Shown piece after piece: positions 9,563-17,774 of a stretch of DNA of 64,000 bases. Under the pieces are notes generated by a model that searched no databases, was not told the origin of the DNA, and saw only the letters and a program-made list of their open reading frames with translations. The stretch's first letter is position 1, and each line of letters begins with the position of its first letter. Origin of the DNA: an uncultured Verrucomicrobiae bacterium (lineage in GTDB: Bacteria > Chlamydiota > Chlamydiia > Chlamydiales > Rhabdochlamydiaceae). The stretch lies in contig CAWDYW010000003.1 of NCBI GenBank assembly GCA_963806855.1, forward strand, positions 672,001 through 736,000. The letters are read 5' to 3'. A program made the position numbers and the translations under genes.

Positions 9563-10171
9563 ATGTCGCTCGTTCCAGACTCTAAAATTTGTGCCGCCTC
9601 CTTGCCAAATTCCCAACTTTTCAAGTTGTTTGGATATGTGGCCAAACTTGGGGGAGATATGCAAGGAATCATAATAGAGTCTAAATTGCCTTATTTCAAT
9701 GAGGAATTGGGTAAATCTGTTTTTTTATATTTAGGTAATGAAAAAAATGTGGAATATTCACCCTATTCTTTTGCTAAATATGGAGTTGAGATAGGTTTCA
9801 ATTTAAAAAATGAGATGAGGAGTTTCTTAGAAGGGCCTATAAAAGAACAACTTCAGGTAAAAGATCTTCTAAGACGGTTTGAGTCCTTTTGCAATTTAGT
9901 AAGAAAAGTTAATGCCATTGCCAAGGACTTTAGACAAAAGCTGGCAACTTTTGCTCAAGATGATAAGACAACGGTCGGATGCGCTAGAGTCATGAATAGA
10001 CAAGATGCTGAAGACGTGACGAAATTCTTAGAGGATTTTGTATCTAAAGTCGTTTATGATTACTTGACTTGTGGAACCCAGATCGGCGTTAAACTGAGCA
10101 CATCGATGATGGATCGGGCTATTCTGCTCGGACCCTATGCCAATGAAACGATAACTCCCTTCGTATTATAG
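9563..10171 (+). CDS. Hypothetical protein
   Basis: Long ORF. ATG 9563 chosen because the track start (9413) overlaps the divergent gene. Confidence 0.6.
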   Translation: MSLVPDSKICAASLPNSQLFKLFGYVAKLGGDMQGIIIESKLPYFNEELGKSVFLYLGNEKNVEYSPYSFAKYGVEIGFNLKNEMRSFLEGPIKEQLQVKDLLRRFESFCNLVRKVNAIAKDFRQKLATFAQDDKTTVGCARVMNRQDAEDVTKFLEDFVSKVVYDYLTCGTQIGVKLSTSMMDRAILLGPYANETITPFVL

Positions 10172-10390
10172 ATTGTGGGAAACTTGTTCATAACTGATGG
10201 AAAAAGCTGAGTAAAAGCGAGATCAGTGGTGGAGAAGATTGGTCGAATCCTGATTATAAAAAAACGGTAAAGACTCAACGCAATAACTTGGTTATAAATG
10301 GCTTAAGGCAGCTTCCCCTCGGGCGCTCTATGGGCTTCATAGAGGAAAAAGAGGGTGGGTTTAGAGATTGTGGAAGATTTGTTCATAACT
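10170..10390. repeat. Two 26-bp direct repeats (10170-10195, 10365-10390) containing DnaA-box-like 9-mers
   Basis: AGATTGTGGGAAACTTGTTCATAACT and AGATTGTGGAAGATTTGTTCATAACT, 23/26 identical. Confidence 0.7.
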
Positions 10391-10391
10391 A

Positions 10392-10474
10392 AACGCAAAG
10401 ACGCAAAGGCGCCAAGGCGCAAAGAAAAAAATTATCTTTTTTCCTGCGTCTTTGCGCCTTTGCGTCTTTGCGTT
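10392..10474. repeat. REP-like inverted repeat of 8-nt CGCAAAGR units, copy 1
   Basis: AACGCAAAGACGCAAAGGCGC...GCGCCTTTGCGTCTTTGCGTT, between convergent genes. Confidence 0.85.
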
Positions 10475-10488
10475 GAAAATGACTCCCA

Positions 10489-11196
10489 CTACTTCAACAT
10501 GGGCATAGGGGAGTTGATCCCGGTGCCGGAATCAATGGTGCTGACTTTGAAGGTGAAGTGGGGGTGTTGCACTTCCATCCAGTAGGGGAAGGGGAAGTTG
10601 GGGCGCTCGGGATCGAGGTAGAGCTCGAGGATGCAGCCGGAGAGGCGGGTCTTGTCACTCGGCCATTTGGCGCGGACCACTTCGAAATCGCCTTTTTTCT
10701 GTTTGGTGCCGTTGAGGATGAATTGGGGGCCCCACATCTTGCGCCGGTCGATTTCTCCTCCCTCGGGCGCTGGGCCAATCCGCTTCCGTTCGTTATCGCG
10801 GGTGGGGCGGAGGGTGAGGGTGAAGAGCTCTTTGACAAAATAATCGGAGTCGTCGATGAAGACCCATTGCTTTTCAAGGAAGGAATAGCATTGGGCTAAA
10901 GAATTTTTTTCTAGGTCGAAGACTAGCGCTGTCCAAGAAACGGCTCGGGGAGCTTTGTTTTCTACCCAGTTCTTCCAAGAAATTTTTTTGAGATCGACGC
11001 TATCCTGTTCGATGGAGATTTCCTCGAGGATGAGCCGGTTTGAGTCGATAGAGCGCAGGAGGAGGAGCGAGTAGTTCTCCCCTTGAGAAGTCACAATATA
11101 ATCGCCGGGAGTTCCTCTAATTAAACGACTTTTTAATGTCGTATTAGAGTAGGCAATCGAAATAGTTAGTAGTACTAAGATTAGTAAACGGACCAT
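10489..11196 (-). CDS. Exported hypothetical protein (resembles the chlamydial CT021-like family, from recollection)
   Basis: Signal-like MVRLLILVLLTISIAYS; GDYIVT and FPYWMEV motifs. The ORF-track extension to 11574 overlaps other genes. Confidence 0.7.
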   Translation of the reverse strand: MVRLLILVLLTISIAYSNTTLKSRLIRGTPGDYIVTSQGENYSLLLLRSIDSNRLILEEISIEQDSVDLKKISWKNWVENKAPRAVSWTALVFDLEKNSLAQCYSFLEKQWVFIDDSDYFVKELFTLTLRPTRDNERKRIGPAPEGGEIDRRKMWGPQFILNGTKQKKGDFEVVRAKWPSDKTRLSGCILELYLDPERPNFPFPYWMEVQHPHFTFKVSTIDSGTGINSPMPMLK

Positions 11197-11205
11197 CAAT
11201 GATTG

Positions 11206-11256
11206 AGTATAGAGGGTTATTTCTTCCTTTGCAACATAATTTTTTTTAGGTAGAGT
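11206..11256. promoter_or_regulatory. Divergent promoter pair sharing one palindromic -35 box (TTGCAA, 11229-11234)
   Basis: Minus strand TTGCAA-17-TATACT; plus strand TTGCAA-16-TAGAGT. Confidence 0.55.
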
Positions 11257-11262
11257 CGGGTT

Positions 11263-11565
11263 ATGATGATGAAATTTGGTCTCTTTTTCCTTACTCTTGT
11301 CGCCAATGCAGAGTGGCAAGATGAACTGCAGAAAATTGATCGGCAGATTGGCCAGCTTGAGGAATTGCAGCAAAGATTGCGATCCGATGCGCAAAAGAAT
11401 GCAAACAATGCGATGCGCTGGCAATTCCAAAGTGATCAGCATAGGGAAGCTCGCCGCGCTTGGGATCGGGCTGCACAGGAAAAAGAGAAAATCGAAGAGA
11501 TCCAAGGGCATCTCGATAAGCTCAAGGCCCGCAAGCAGACCATTTTGCAAGAACATGGACAATAA
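11263..11565 (+). CDS. Small exported coiled-coil protein
   Basis: MMMKFGLFFLTLVANA signal-like start, heptad-rich body, overlaps the pncB start. Confidence 0.75.
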   Translation: MMMKFGLFFLTLVANAEWQDELQKIDRQIGQLEELQQRLRSDAQKNANNAMRWQFQSDQHREARRAWDRAAQEKEKIEEIQGHLDKLKARKQTILQEHGQ

Positions 11566-12985
11566 TCTTCTCAAAACTCTTTATCGCGATTCCCTCTCGC
11601 TGCTGACCGATTTGTATGAAATCACGATGGCCTATGCCTACTGGAAGCAGGGATTTAAAGACAGGCAAGCCGTCTTTCAGCTTTTCTTCCGTAAGTATCC
11701 TTTCCAAGGGGGATTTGCCATTTGCGCAGGGACCGAAATTGCCCTTGAGTACATTGAGAATTTCAAATATTCAGATGGCGATTTGGCCTACTTGGAGGGT
11801 CTAAAGCTATTTGAGCCCGCCTTTCTCGACTATCTCCGCAATCTCAAGATCACGCTCGATGTCGATGCGATGGAAGAGGGGACGCCGGTGTTTCCCAATG
11901 AGCCGCTGCTGCGGGTCAAGGGGCCCATTATTCAGGCGCAGATGATGGAGTCGGCCCTGCTCAACATTGTCAATTTCCAAACGTTGATTGCGACCAAGAG
12001 CGCGCGGGTCGTGCATGCTGCTGCGGGCGATCATGTGGTCGAATTTGGGCTGCGACGCGCTCAGGGGATCGATGGGGCCATAGCAGCCTCGCGCGCTGCG
12101 TTTGTTGGGGGCTGCCATTCGACCTCCAATGTGCTCGCCGGCAAGTTATTTGGGATTCCGGTGATGGGGACTTTTGCCCACAGTTGGGTGATGGCATTTG
12201 AGGAAGAAAAGGAATCTTTCCGAGCCTTTGCCAAAACGTTTCCCAAATCGTCCGTTTTTTTGATCGACACGTATGACACGATGAAAGGGGTGGAGCGGGC
12301 GATCGAGGTGGCGAAGGAGTTGCAGATCGACATGGTCGGTGTGCGGCTTGATTCTGGAGATCTCAATGTCCTCAGCCATGCTGTGCGCAAAAAATTAGAT
12401 GAAGCTGGATTGACAAAGGCCAAGATCATGGCGACCAATGAGCTCAATGAGGAGCGGATTGCCGATTTGAAGAGCCGCGGGGCGCCGATTGCTGTATGGG
12501 GCGTCGGGACTCATCTGGTCACTGCAAAGGATCAGCCGGCGCTCGATGGGGTCTATAAGCTCTGTGCGGTGCAAGATCGGGAGAAAAAGTGGCAGATTCG
12601 GTTCAAGATCTCCGAAGAGTTGATTAAGACGACCAATCCGGGGATTCCTCAGGTGCGCCGCTATTTTGATGAAGCGGGATATCGAGCCGATATGATCTAC
12701 GATTTGGAGATGGGGCCGGGGCAGGCGATTGTCGGTAGTAGCGAGGCTAGAGAGGTGGAAAAGAGATGGCGCTGGCTCGATCTGCTCGTCCCCATGCTGC
12801 GACAAGGAAAAAAAGTCTACGCCCAGCCGACCCTCACTCAGATGCGGCAGAAGACGGGTGAGGAGCTTGCGAAATTTGCTTCAGGGGTGCGCAAGCTGGT
12901 GAAGCCTGATCACTTTTTCAGCGGGATTGCCGACAATCTCCACCGCTATAAACTCGACGCGATCGAGAGGATCAAAAACGAATGA
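11555..12985 (+). CDS. pncB: Nicotinate phosphoribosyltransferase
   Basis: LLTDLYEITM, EFGLRRAQG, GTFAHSW, LIDTYD and GVRLDSGD motifs; ATG at 11555. Confidence 0.96.
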   Translation: MDNNLLKTLYRDSLSLLTDLYEITMAYAYWKQGFKDRQAVFQLFFRKYPFQGGFAICAGTEIALEYIENFKYSDGDLAYLEGLKLFEPAFLDYLRNLKITLDVDAMEEGTPVFPNEPLLRVKGPIIQAQMMESALLNIVNFQTLIATKSARVVHAAAGDHVVEFGLRRAQGIDGAIAASRAAFVGGCHSTSNVLAGKLFGIPVMGTFAHSWVMAFEEEKESFRAFAKTFPKSSVFLIDTYDTMKGVERAIEVAKELQIDMVGVRLDSGDLNVLSHAVRKKLDEAGLTKAKIMATNELNEERIADLKSRGAPIAVWGVGTHLVTAKDQPALDGVYKLCAVQDREKKWQIRFKISEELIKTTNPGIPQVRRYFDEAGYRADMIYDLEMGPGQAIVGSSEAREVEKRWRWLDLLVPMLRQGKKVYAQPTLTQMRQKTGEELAKFASGVRKLVKPDHFFSGIADNLHRYKLDAIERIKNE

Positions 12986-13593
12986 AAGCGTTGATTGTGG
13001 TCGATATGCAAAACGATTTTATGCCCGGCGGCGCGCTGCCAACCAAGGGGGCCGATGCCTTAGTGCCGGTGATCAATGGGCTGATGGCCAGATTTGATGT
13101 TGTGCTGGCGACAAAAGATTGGCATCCGAAAGATCACTATAGTTTTGCAATCAACCACCCCGAATACAAAGTGGGCGACGTGATCCGCGAGGGGAATATA
13201 GAGCAGATTCTCTGGCCGGTCCATTGCGTGCAACACACCAAAGGGGCTGAATTTGTGAAGGGGCTGCAGGCCGACCGGTTTGATCAGGTGTTCCACAAGG
13301 GGGTCGATCGGATGATCGATAGCTATAGCACCTTTTTCGACAACGCCCATTTAAGGGAAACAGGGCTGGCAGAGTATCTACGCAAGCGGGGAATCAAGGA
13401 AATCGCTTTGGTCGGGGTGGCGACCGACTATTGTGTCCTTTACTCGGTTTTAGATGCCCTGAAGCTCGGATTCCAGGTCACGGTGATCGCCGATGGTTGC
13501 CGCGCTATCAACCTCCGTCCAAACGATGGGGAAGAGGCGTTTGAAAAGATGATCGAGGCCGGGGCGGAGTTGGTTACAGCTGATGAAGTTTGA
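12982..13593 (+). CDS. pncA: Nicotinamidase/pyrazinamidase
   Basis: VDMQNDFMPGGAL, DWHP, WPVHCVQ and GVATDYCV motifs; ATGA overlap with pncB. Confidence 0.96.
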   Translation: MKALIVVDMQNDFMPGGALPTKGADALVPVINGLMARFDVVLATKDWHPKDHYSFAINHPEYKVGDVIREGNIEQILWPVHCVQHTKGAEFVKGLQADRFDQVFHKGVDRMIDSYSTFFDNAHLRETGLAEYLRKRGIKEIALVGVATDYCVLYSVLDALKLGFQVTVIADGCRAINLRPNDGEEAFEKMIEAGAELVTADEV

Positions 13594-13597
13594 TCTT

Positions 13598-13688
13598 TTT
13601 TCAACGCAAAGACGCAAAGCCGCAAAGACGCAAAAATAAATTGTTTTTTTCTTTGCGCCTTTGTGTCTTTGCGTCTTTGCGTTGAAAA
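13598..13688. repeat. REP-like inverted repeat of 8-nt CGCAAAGR units, copy 2
   Basis: TTTTCAACGCAAAGACGCAAAG...CTTTGCGTCTTTGCGTTGAAAA fills the gap between convergent pncA and cyoD. Confidence 0.85.
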
Positions 13689-13982
13689 TTACCCCATCAT
13701 TCTATAATTGAGATCGTTCATGATCCAAATGGAAAAGGCAATGATGATGATCACAACTGTAATCGTCGACAGATAGATCAGCAGGTTCCAGCGGGGCTTT
13801 TTTTCGCTTAAGACGTGAAGAAAGAAAACCGACTGGGCCATCGCCTGGAGAATCGCGAGGCTTAAAATCACAAAAATCGCCTGATCGACACTCAAGTGAA
13901 AAAGCTGCGGATGGAGCACAATCAGAAAGCTTAAGATCGTGAAGATGAGCGATGAGACGTAGCCGATGACGCGCGTTTTCAC
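13689..13982 (-). CDS. cyoD: Cytochrome bo3 ubiquinol oxidase subunit IV
   Basis: LAILQ..FFLH and SIWIMNDLNYRMM motifs; GTG start overlaps the cyoC stop. Confidence 0.92.
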   Translation of the reverse strand: MKTRVIGYVSSLIFTILSFLIVLHPQLFHLSVDQAIFVILSLAILQAMAQSVFFLHVLSEKKPRWNLLIYLSTITVVIIIIAFSIWIMNDLNYRMMG

Positions 13983-14542
13983 TGCAGATGCCCCATTCCG
14001 TAGACGATTGTGAAGATGAAGACCCAGACAACGTCGAGGAAATGCCAAAAATAGGCCAGGCGCATCAGTTTGGAGGTGTTGGAGGGGATGAGTCCTCGAT
14101 AAGAGGTGTAGAGGATGGCAAAAAGCATCCAGAGCAGGCCGATCGAGATGTGGAGTCCGTGGGTGCCGACTAGCGCGAAGAAGGAGGAGAGGAAGGCGCT
14201 TGTCTGCCAGCTGGCCCCTTGCTCGATGAAGTGATGAAACTCGGTCAATTCAAAAATGAGGAAGGCTAGCCCGAGCAGGAAGGTGACGGCGAACCAGAAA
14301 ATGGTCCATTTTTTTTGCTGCCGGTGCATCGAGAGGGTAGCTAAGGCGCAGGTGAAGCTGCTGGTGAGCAGGATCAGGGTTTCTGCAAAGGCGGATGGCA
14401 TATTGTAGAGCTGCTGTGCTGTAGGGCCTCCAAAAGTGCTACCCTGCAGGACGATGTAGGCGGCGAAGAGGACTGCGAAGATGACCAGGTCGGTCATCAA
14501 ATAGACCCAAAATCCAAAGACTTTTGTATCTGTTTCGTTCAT
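13979..14542 (-). CDS. cyoC: Cytochrome bo3 oxidase subunit III
   Basis: FGFWVYLMTD, LVGTHGLH and FWHFLDVVW motifs. Confidence 0.96.
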   Translation of the reverse strand: MNETDTKVFGFWVYLMTDLVIFAVLFAAYIVLQGSTFGGPTAQQLYNMPSAFAETLILLTSSFTCALATLSMHRQQKKWTIFWFAVTFLLGLAFLIFELTEFHHFIEQGASWQTSAFLSSFFALVGTHGLHISIGLLWMLFAILYTSYRGLIPSNTSKLMRLAYFWHFLDVVWVFIFTIVYGMGHLQ

Positions 14543-16497
14543 CGGCTCTTCTCCAATTGCTCGACTTCGGACGCGGTGAGGAGATATTCGGTCTCTTCAT
14601 CCATTGCGCGGAGGATCAGGCAGGTGACGATGCCAATAAAGCCAACGAGGCCGAGAAAGAGGATATGCCAGACGAGGGCAAAGCCGAGGAGGAAGGCAAA
14701 TGCAGAGACGTAGATCGCCATGGCGGTGTTTTTCGGCAGCTCGATGTCTTCATAGGAGGGGGTGGTGATGGTGCCTCTTTGTTTCATCTCCCAAAATTGC
14801 TCTCTGCTGGTGACGGTGGGGATTTTGGCAAAGTTATAGAACGGGGGAGGGGAAGAGGTAGCCCACTCTAAAGTGCGGCCGTTCCATGGATCGCCGGTCG
14901 TGTCGATGTTTTGCTTGCGCTCTTTGTGGCTGACGAAGAGCTGATAGACTTGCACGAGGAGGCCGAAGATGACGATGCAGAATCCGATAAAGGCTGTGAT
15001 GAAAAACGGGTGCCAGCCTGTCGATGCAGCGTAGTGATCCAGGCGCCGTGTCGCCCCCATGAAGCCGAGCAGGTAGAGGGGGCCAAAAGAGACGAAAAAT
15101 CCGACCATCCAGATCCAAAAGGCCAGTTTTCCCAGCCGTTCATTGAGGGTGTAGCCGGTGATTTTGGGGTACCAATAGGTGATGCCGGCAAAGGTTCCAA
15201 AAATCGCGCCGCCAACCACCATGGTGTGGAAATGGGCGACGAGGAAGAGGCTATTGTGCACCTGGAAATCGGCCGGTGGAGAGCCCATGAGGACACCGCC
15301 CATGCCGCCGATCGTGAAGATCGAGACGAAGCCGACAAACCAATATATCGGAGAGGCAAACGTGACTTTCCCTCTCACCATCGTCATGATCCAGTTGAAG
15401 ATTTGGACTGCCATCGGAATCGAGATGACCATCGTCATCACCCCGAAGAAATAGTTGACGTCGGCGCTGGCGCCCATTGTAAAAAAGTGGTGGAGCCAGA
15501 CTAAATAGGAGAGGAGAGTGATCAAAATCGCAGCGCAGACCATCGAACCATAGCCAAAAATCTGTTTCCGGCAAAAAGTGGAGACAATTTCTGAATACAT
15601 TCCGAAAGCGGGCAATACCAAAATATAGACCTCGGGGTGGCCCCACATCCAAATCAGATTGAAATACATCATCTGATTGCCGCCGAAAGTGGTGGTGAAG
15701 AAGTGCATCCCAAAAAATCGGTCGAGCCAGAGCAGAAAAATCGTCGCGGTGATGACCGGGAAGGCCGAAATGATCAGCACCGTGCTGCCCAGAGACGTCC
15801 AGACGAAGAGAGGCATCTTCATCAGCGTCATGCCGGGGGCCCGTTTTTTGATGATCGTGACGAAAAAATTGAGTCCAGACAGGAGGCTGCCAAGACCCGA
15901 GAGCTGCAGGCTCCAGGCCCAATAGTCGATCCCATTGCCCGGATTAAATTCGAGCTCAGAGAGGGGGGCGATCGCCAGCCAACCGGCATTGGCAAAATTC
16001 TCTCCGAACATAAAGAAGAGATTGATCAGCGCAGCCCCTGCGACGTAGAGCCAAAAGCCAAGCGAGTTCAAAAAGGGAAAAGCTAGATCGCGGGTCCCAA
16101 TTTGGAGCGGGATGATCAAATTCATTAGCCCGAAGAAAAATCCCATTACGACGAAAAAGACCATGATATCCCCATGGGCCGTCACGATCTGTTGAAAATG
16201 GTCGGCGCTCAAAAAACCTTGGCCATCAACCGCTATCGACTGCTGCAGCAAGATCATCCCGGCATCGACGAGCCCGCGGAAGAACATCACCGTCGAGGCG
16301 ATCAAGTACATGACCCCGATCTTTTTTGGGTCGGTGGAGGTGAGCCACTCTCCCCATAGCCAGCCCCACCGTTTCGTCTTGGTGAGGAGCACTGCAAGGG
16401 CAATGAACGCGAGCAACATGAAAGTGGTCCCACCGACGGTATACCAAAAGTGGGGGAGCGAACTCCAAGTCAGCTTTCCTAAAAAGAATTCTTTCAT
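14539..16497 (-). CDS. cyoB: Cytochrome bo3 oxidase subunit I
   Basis: WGHPEVY, WLHHFF and AHFH heme-copper ligand motifs. Confidence 0.97.
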   Translation of the reverse strand: MKEFFLGKLTWSSLPHFWYTVGGTTFMLLAFIALAVLLTKTKRWGWLWGEWLTSTDPKKIGVMYLIASTVMFFRGLVDAGMILLQQSIAVDGQGFLSADHFQQIVTAHGDIMVFFVVMGFFFGLMNLIIPLQIGTRDLAFPFLNSLGFWLYVAGAALINLFFMFGENFANAGWLAIAPLSELEFNPGNGIDYWAWSLQLSGLGSLLSGLNFFVTIIKKRAPGMTLMKMPLFVWTSLGSTVLIISAFPVITATIFLLWLDRFFGMHFFTTTFGGNQMMYFNLIWMWGHPEVYILVLPAFGMYSEIVSTFCRKQIFGYGSMVCAAILITLLSYLVWLHHFFTMGASADVNYFFGVMTMVISIPMAVQIFNWIMTMVRGKVTFASPIYWFVGFVSIFTIGGMGGVLMGSPPADFQVHNSLFLVAHFHTMVVGGAIFGTFAGITYWYPKITGYTLNERLGKLAFWIWMVGFFVSFGPLYLLGFMGATRRLDHYAASTGWHPFFITAFIGFCIVIFGLLVQVYQLFVSHKERKQNIDTTGDPWNGRTLEWATSSPPPFYNFAKIPTVTSREQFWEMKQRGTITTPSYEDIELPKNTAMAIYVSAFAFLLGFALVWHILFLGLVGFIGIVTCLILRAMDEETEYLLTASEVEQLEKSR

Positions 16498-17354
16498 TTA
16501 GATTCCATATATTTCATCACGATTTTCTGAAATAGATCCTTTTCGACATTCGAATAAAGAGTGACTGGATTCTTCACAGAGGGCTTGAGTAGCTGCTGAT
16601 AGTGTTGATCGTCCAGTTGCAGGGGAGATTGTTTGACACTGGCCACCCAGAGTTCAAAATCGGCTTCAGAAGTAGCCTTGGCGACAAAAGTCATGTCAGC
16701 AAGCCCTTTGCCGTTAATCTCAGCAGCTCGTCCATGATAGATTCCCGGCTCATTTGCCATTAGATGGAGCTGCGTTGTCATGCCGGTCATCGCATAGATC
16801 TGTCCGCTCAGCTGTGGGATCCAAAATGAGTTCATCGGAGAGTCATCCGCAGCGAGCTCAAAGTGGATCGGCGTGCGAGCGGGAAACTCAACAAAATTGA
16901 CCGTAGCGATTCCCTGCTCGGGGTAGATGAATAACCATTTCCAATTGAGGGCCACCACCTGGATGGTCAGCTCTTTGGTCTCAGATTCAAGCGGGCGATA
17001 GGGATCGAGCCTAAAGGTGGCCTTGTAAGTGATCAGCGCCATCGCGGCGATGACAGCAGAGGGGATCAGCCACATCATCACTTCAGCAAATACCCCCGCT
17101 TTTTTTTCTGGGGCATATTTGGCTTTCTTATTGTTTGAGCGGTATCTCCATAGAGAAAAATAAAAGAGGGCGATTGTCGGAATGACGATCAGCAGCATCA
17201 AAAAGATGTTGGAGCGAATCAGATGGAGCTCTTCCTCGGCGATGATCCCTTTAGGATTGGTGACGAGGGCATGTTCACCGCCTAAGACAAAAATGACGAT
17301 GATTCCAACGGTGAGAAGAGCGAGGAAGCCGAGGAGGAATTTCATTATTTTCAT
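16494..17354 (-). CDS. cyoA: Cytochrome bo3 oxidase subunit II
   Basis: WKWLFIYPEQGIATVN and MNSFWIPQLSGQIYAM; no CuA cysteines, so quinol type. Confidence 0.95.
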   Translation of the reverse strand: MKIMKFLLGFLALLTVGIIVIFVLGGEHALVTNPKGIIAEEELHLIRSNIFLMLLIVIPTIALFYFSLWRYRSNNKKAKYAPEKKAGVFAEVMMWLIPSAVIAAMALITYKATFRLDPYRPLESETKELTIQVVALNWKWLFIYPEQGIATVNFVEFPARTPIHFELAADDSPMNSFWIPQLSGQIYAMTGMTTQLHLMANEPGIYHGRAAEINGKGLADMTFVAKATSEADFELWVASVKQSPLQLDDQHYQQLLKPSVKNPVTLYSNVEKDLFQKIVMKYMESK

Positions 17355-17380
17355 GCTATCACACAGATAGCACAATACAT

Positions 17381-17605
17381 TTAATTTTCCAATTGAACTA
17401 GTTTCGTGCGCGATTTATGTCCACGGATAATCGAGATCTGAGATTTGGGTATATCGAAATAATCGGCGAGGACTCGGATCAATTCTTCGTTAGCCTCTCC
17501 CTTTTCAGGGACTGCTTTGATCCGGATTTTCAACTGGTCATTTTCCCACCCCACGACCTCGCTTTTAGAGGCCTTAGGAGTCACCTTCACAGTGAGAATT
17601 CTCAC
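17381..17605 (-). CDS. yggU: DUF167/YggU family protein
   Basis: VKVTPKA, GEANEEL and GHKSRTK motifs; GTG start. Confidence 0.9.
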   Translation of the reverse strand: MRILTVKVTPKASKSEVVGWENDQLKIRIKAVPEKGEANEELIRVLADYFDIPKSQISIIRGHKSRTKLVQLEN

Positions 17606-17774
17606 TTAAACCCCCCTCGATCAAAAACTTTGAATTTGGACCGCGCCAAAGCCTCGGGGTTCAACTGTTTTTCCGAGGGTTGTATATATTCGATACTACC
17701 CTCGGAAAAACAGCTGAACCGCGAGAGCTTTCGCGTGGGTCCAAATTCAAAGTTTTTGACCGAGGGGGGTTTTA
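17606..17774. mobile_element. 163-bp palindromic MITE (17609-17771) with TTA target duplication
   Basis: The whole element folds back on itself (AACCCCCCTCGATCAAAAACTTTGAATTTGGA...TCCAAATTCAAAGTTTTTGACCGAGGGGGGTT). TTA at 17606-17608 and 17772-17774. Confidence 0.8.

Noticed and set aside
11197..11574. Long N-terminal extensions of ORFs 10489-11574 and 11276-12985
   Set aside because: They overlap the 11263-11565 gene and the promoters; better starts are at 11196 and 11555.
10392..13688. AAC...GTT palindromes as integron attC sites
   Set aside because: They lie between convergent, mostly housekeeping genes, with no cassette array and no integrase.
14834..16501. Many 60-220 aa ORFs inside cyoB (likewise inside ileS, the ATPase and ispG)
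   Set aside because: Antisense or off-frame by-products of GC-rich coding sequence.
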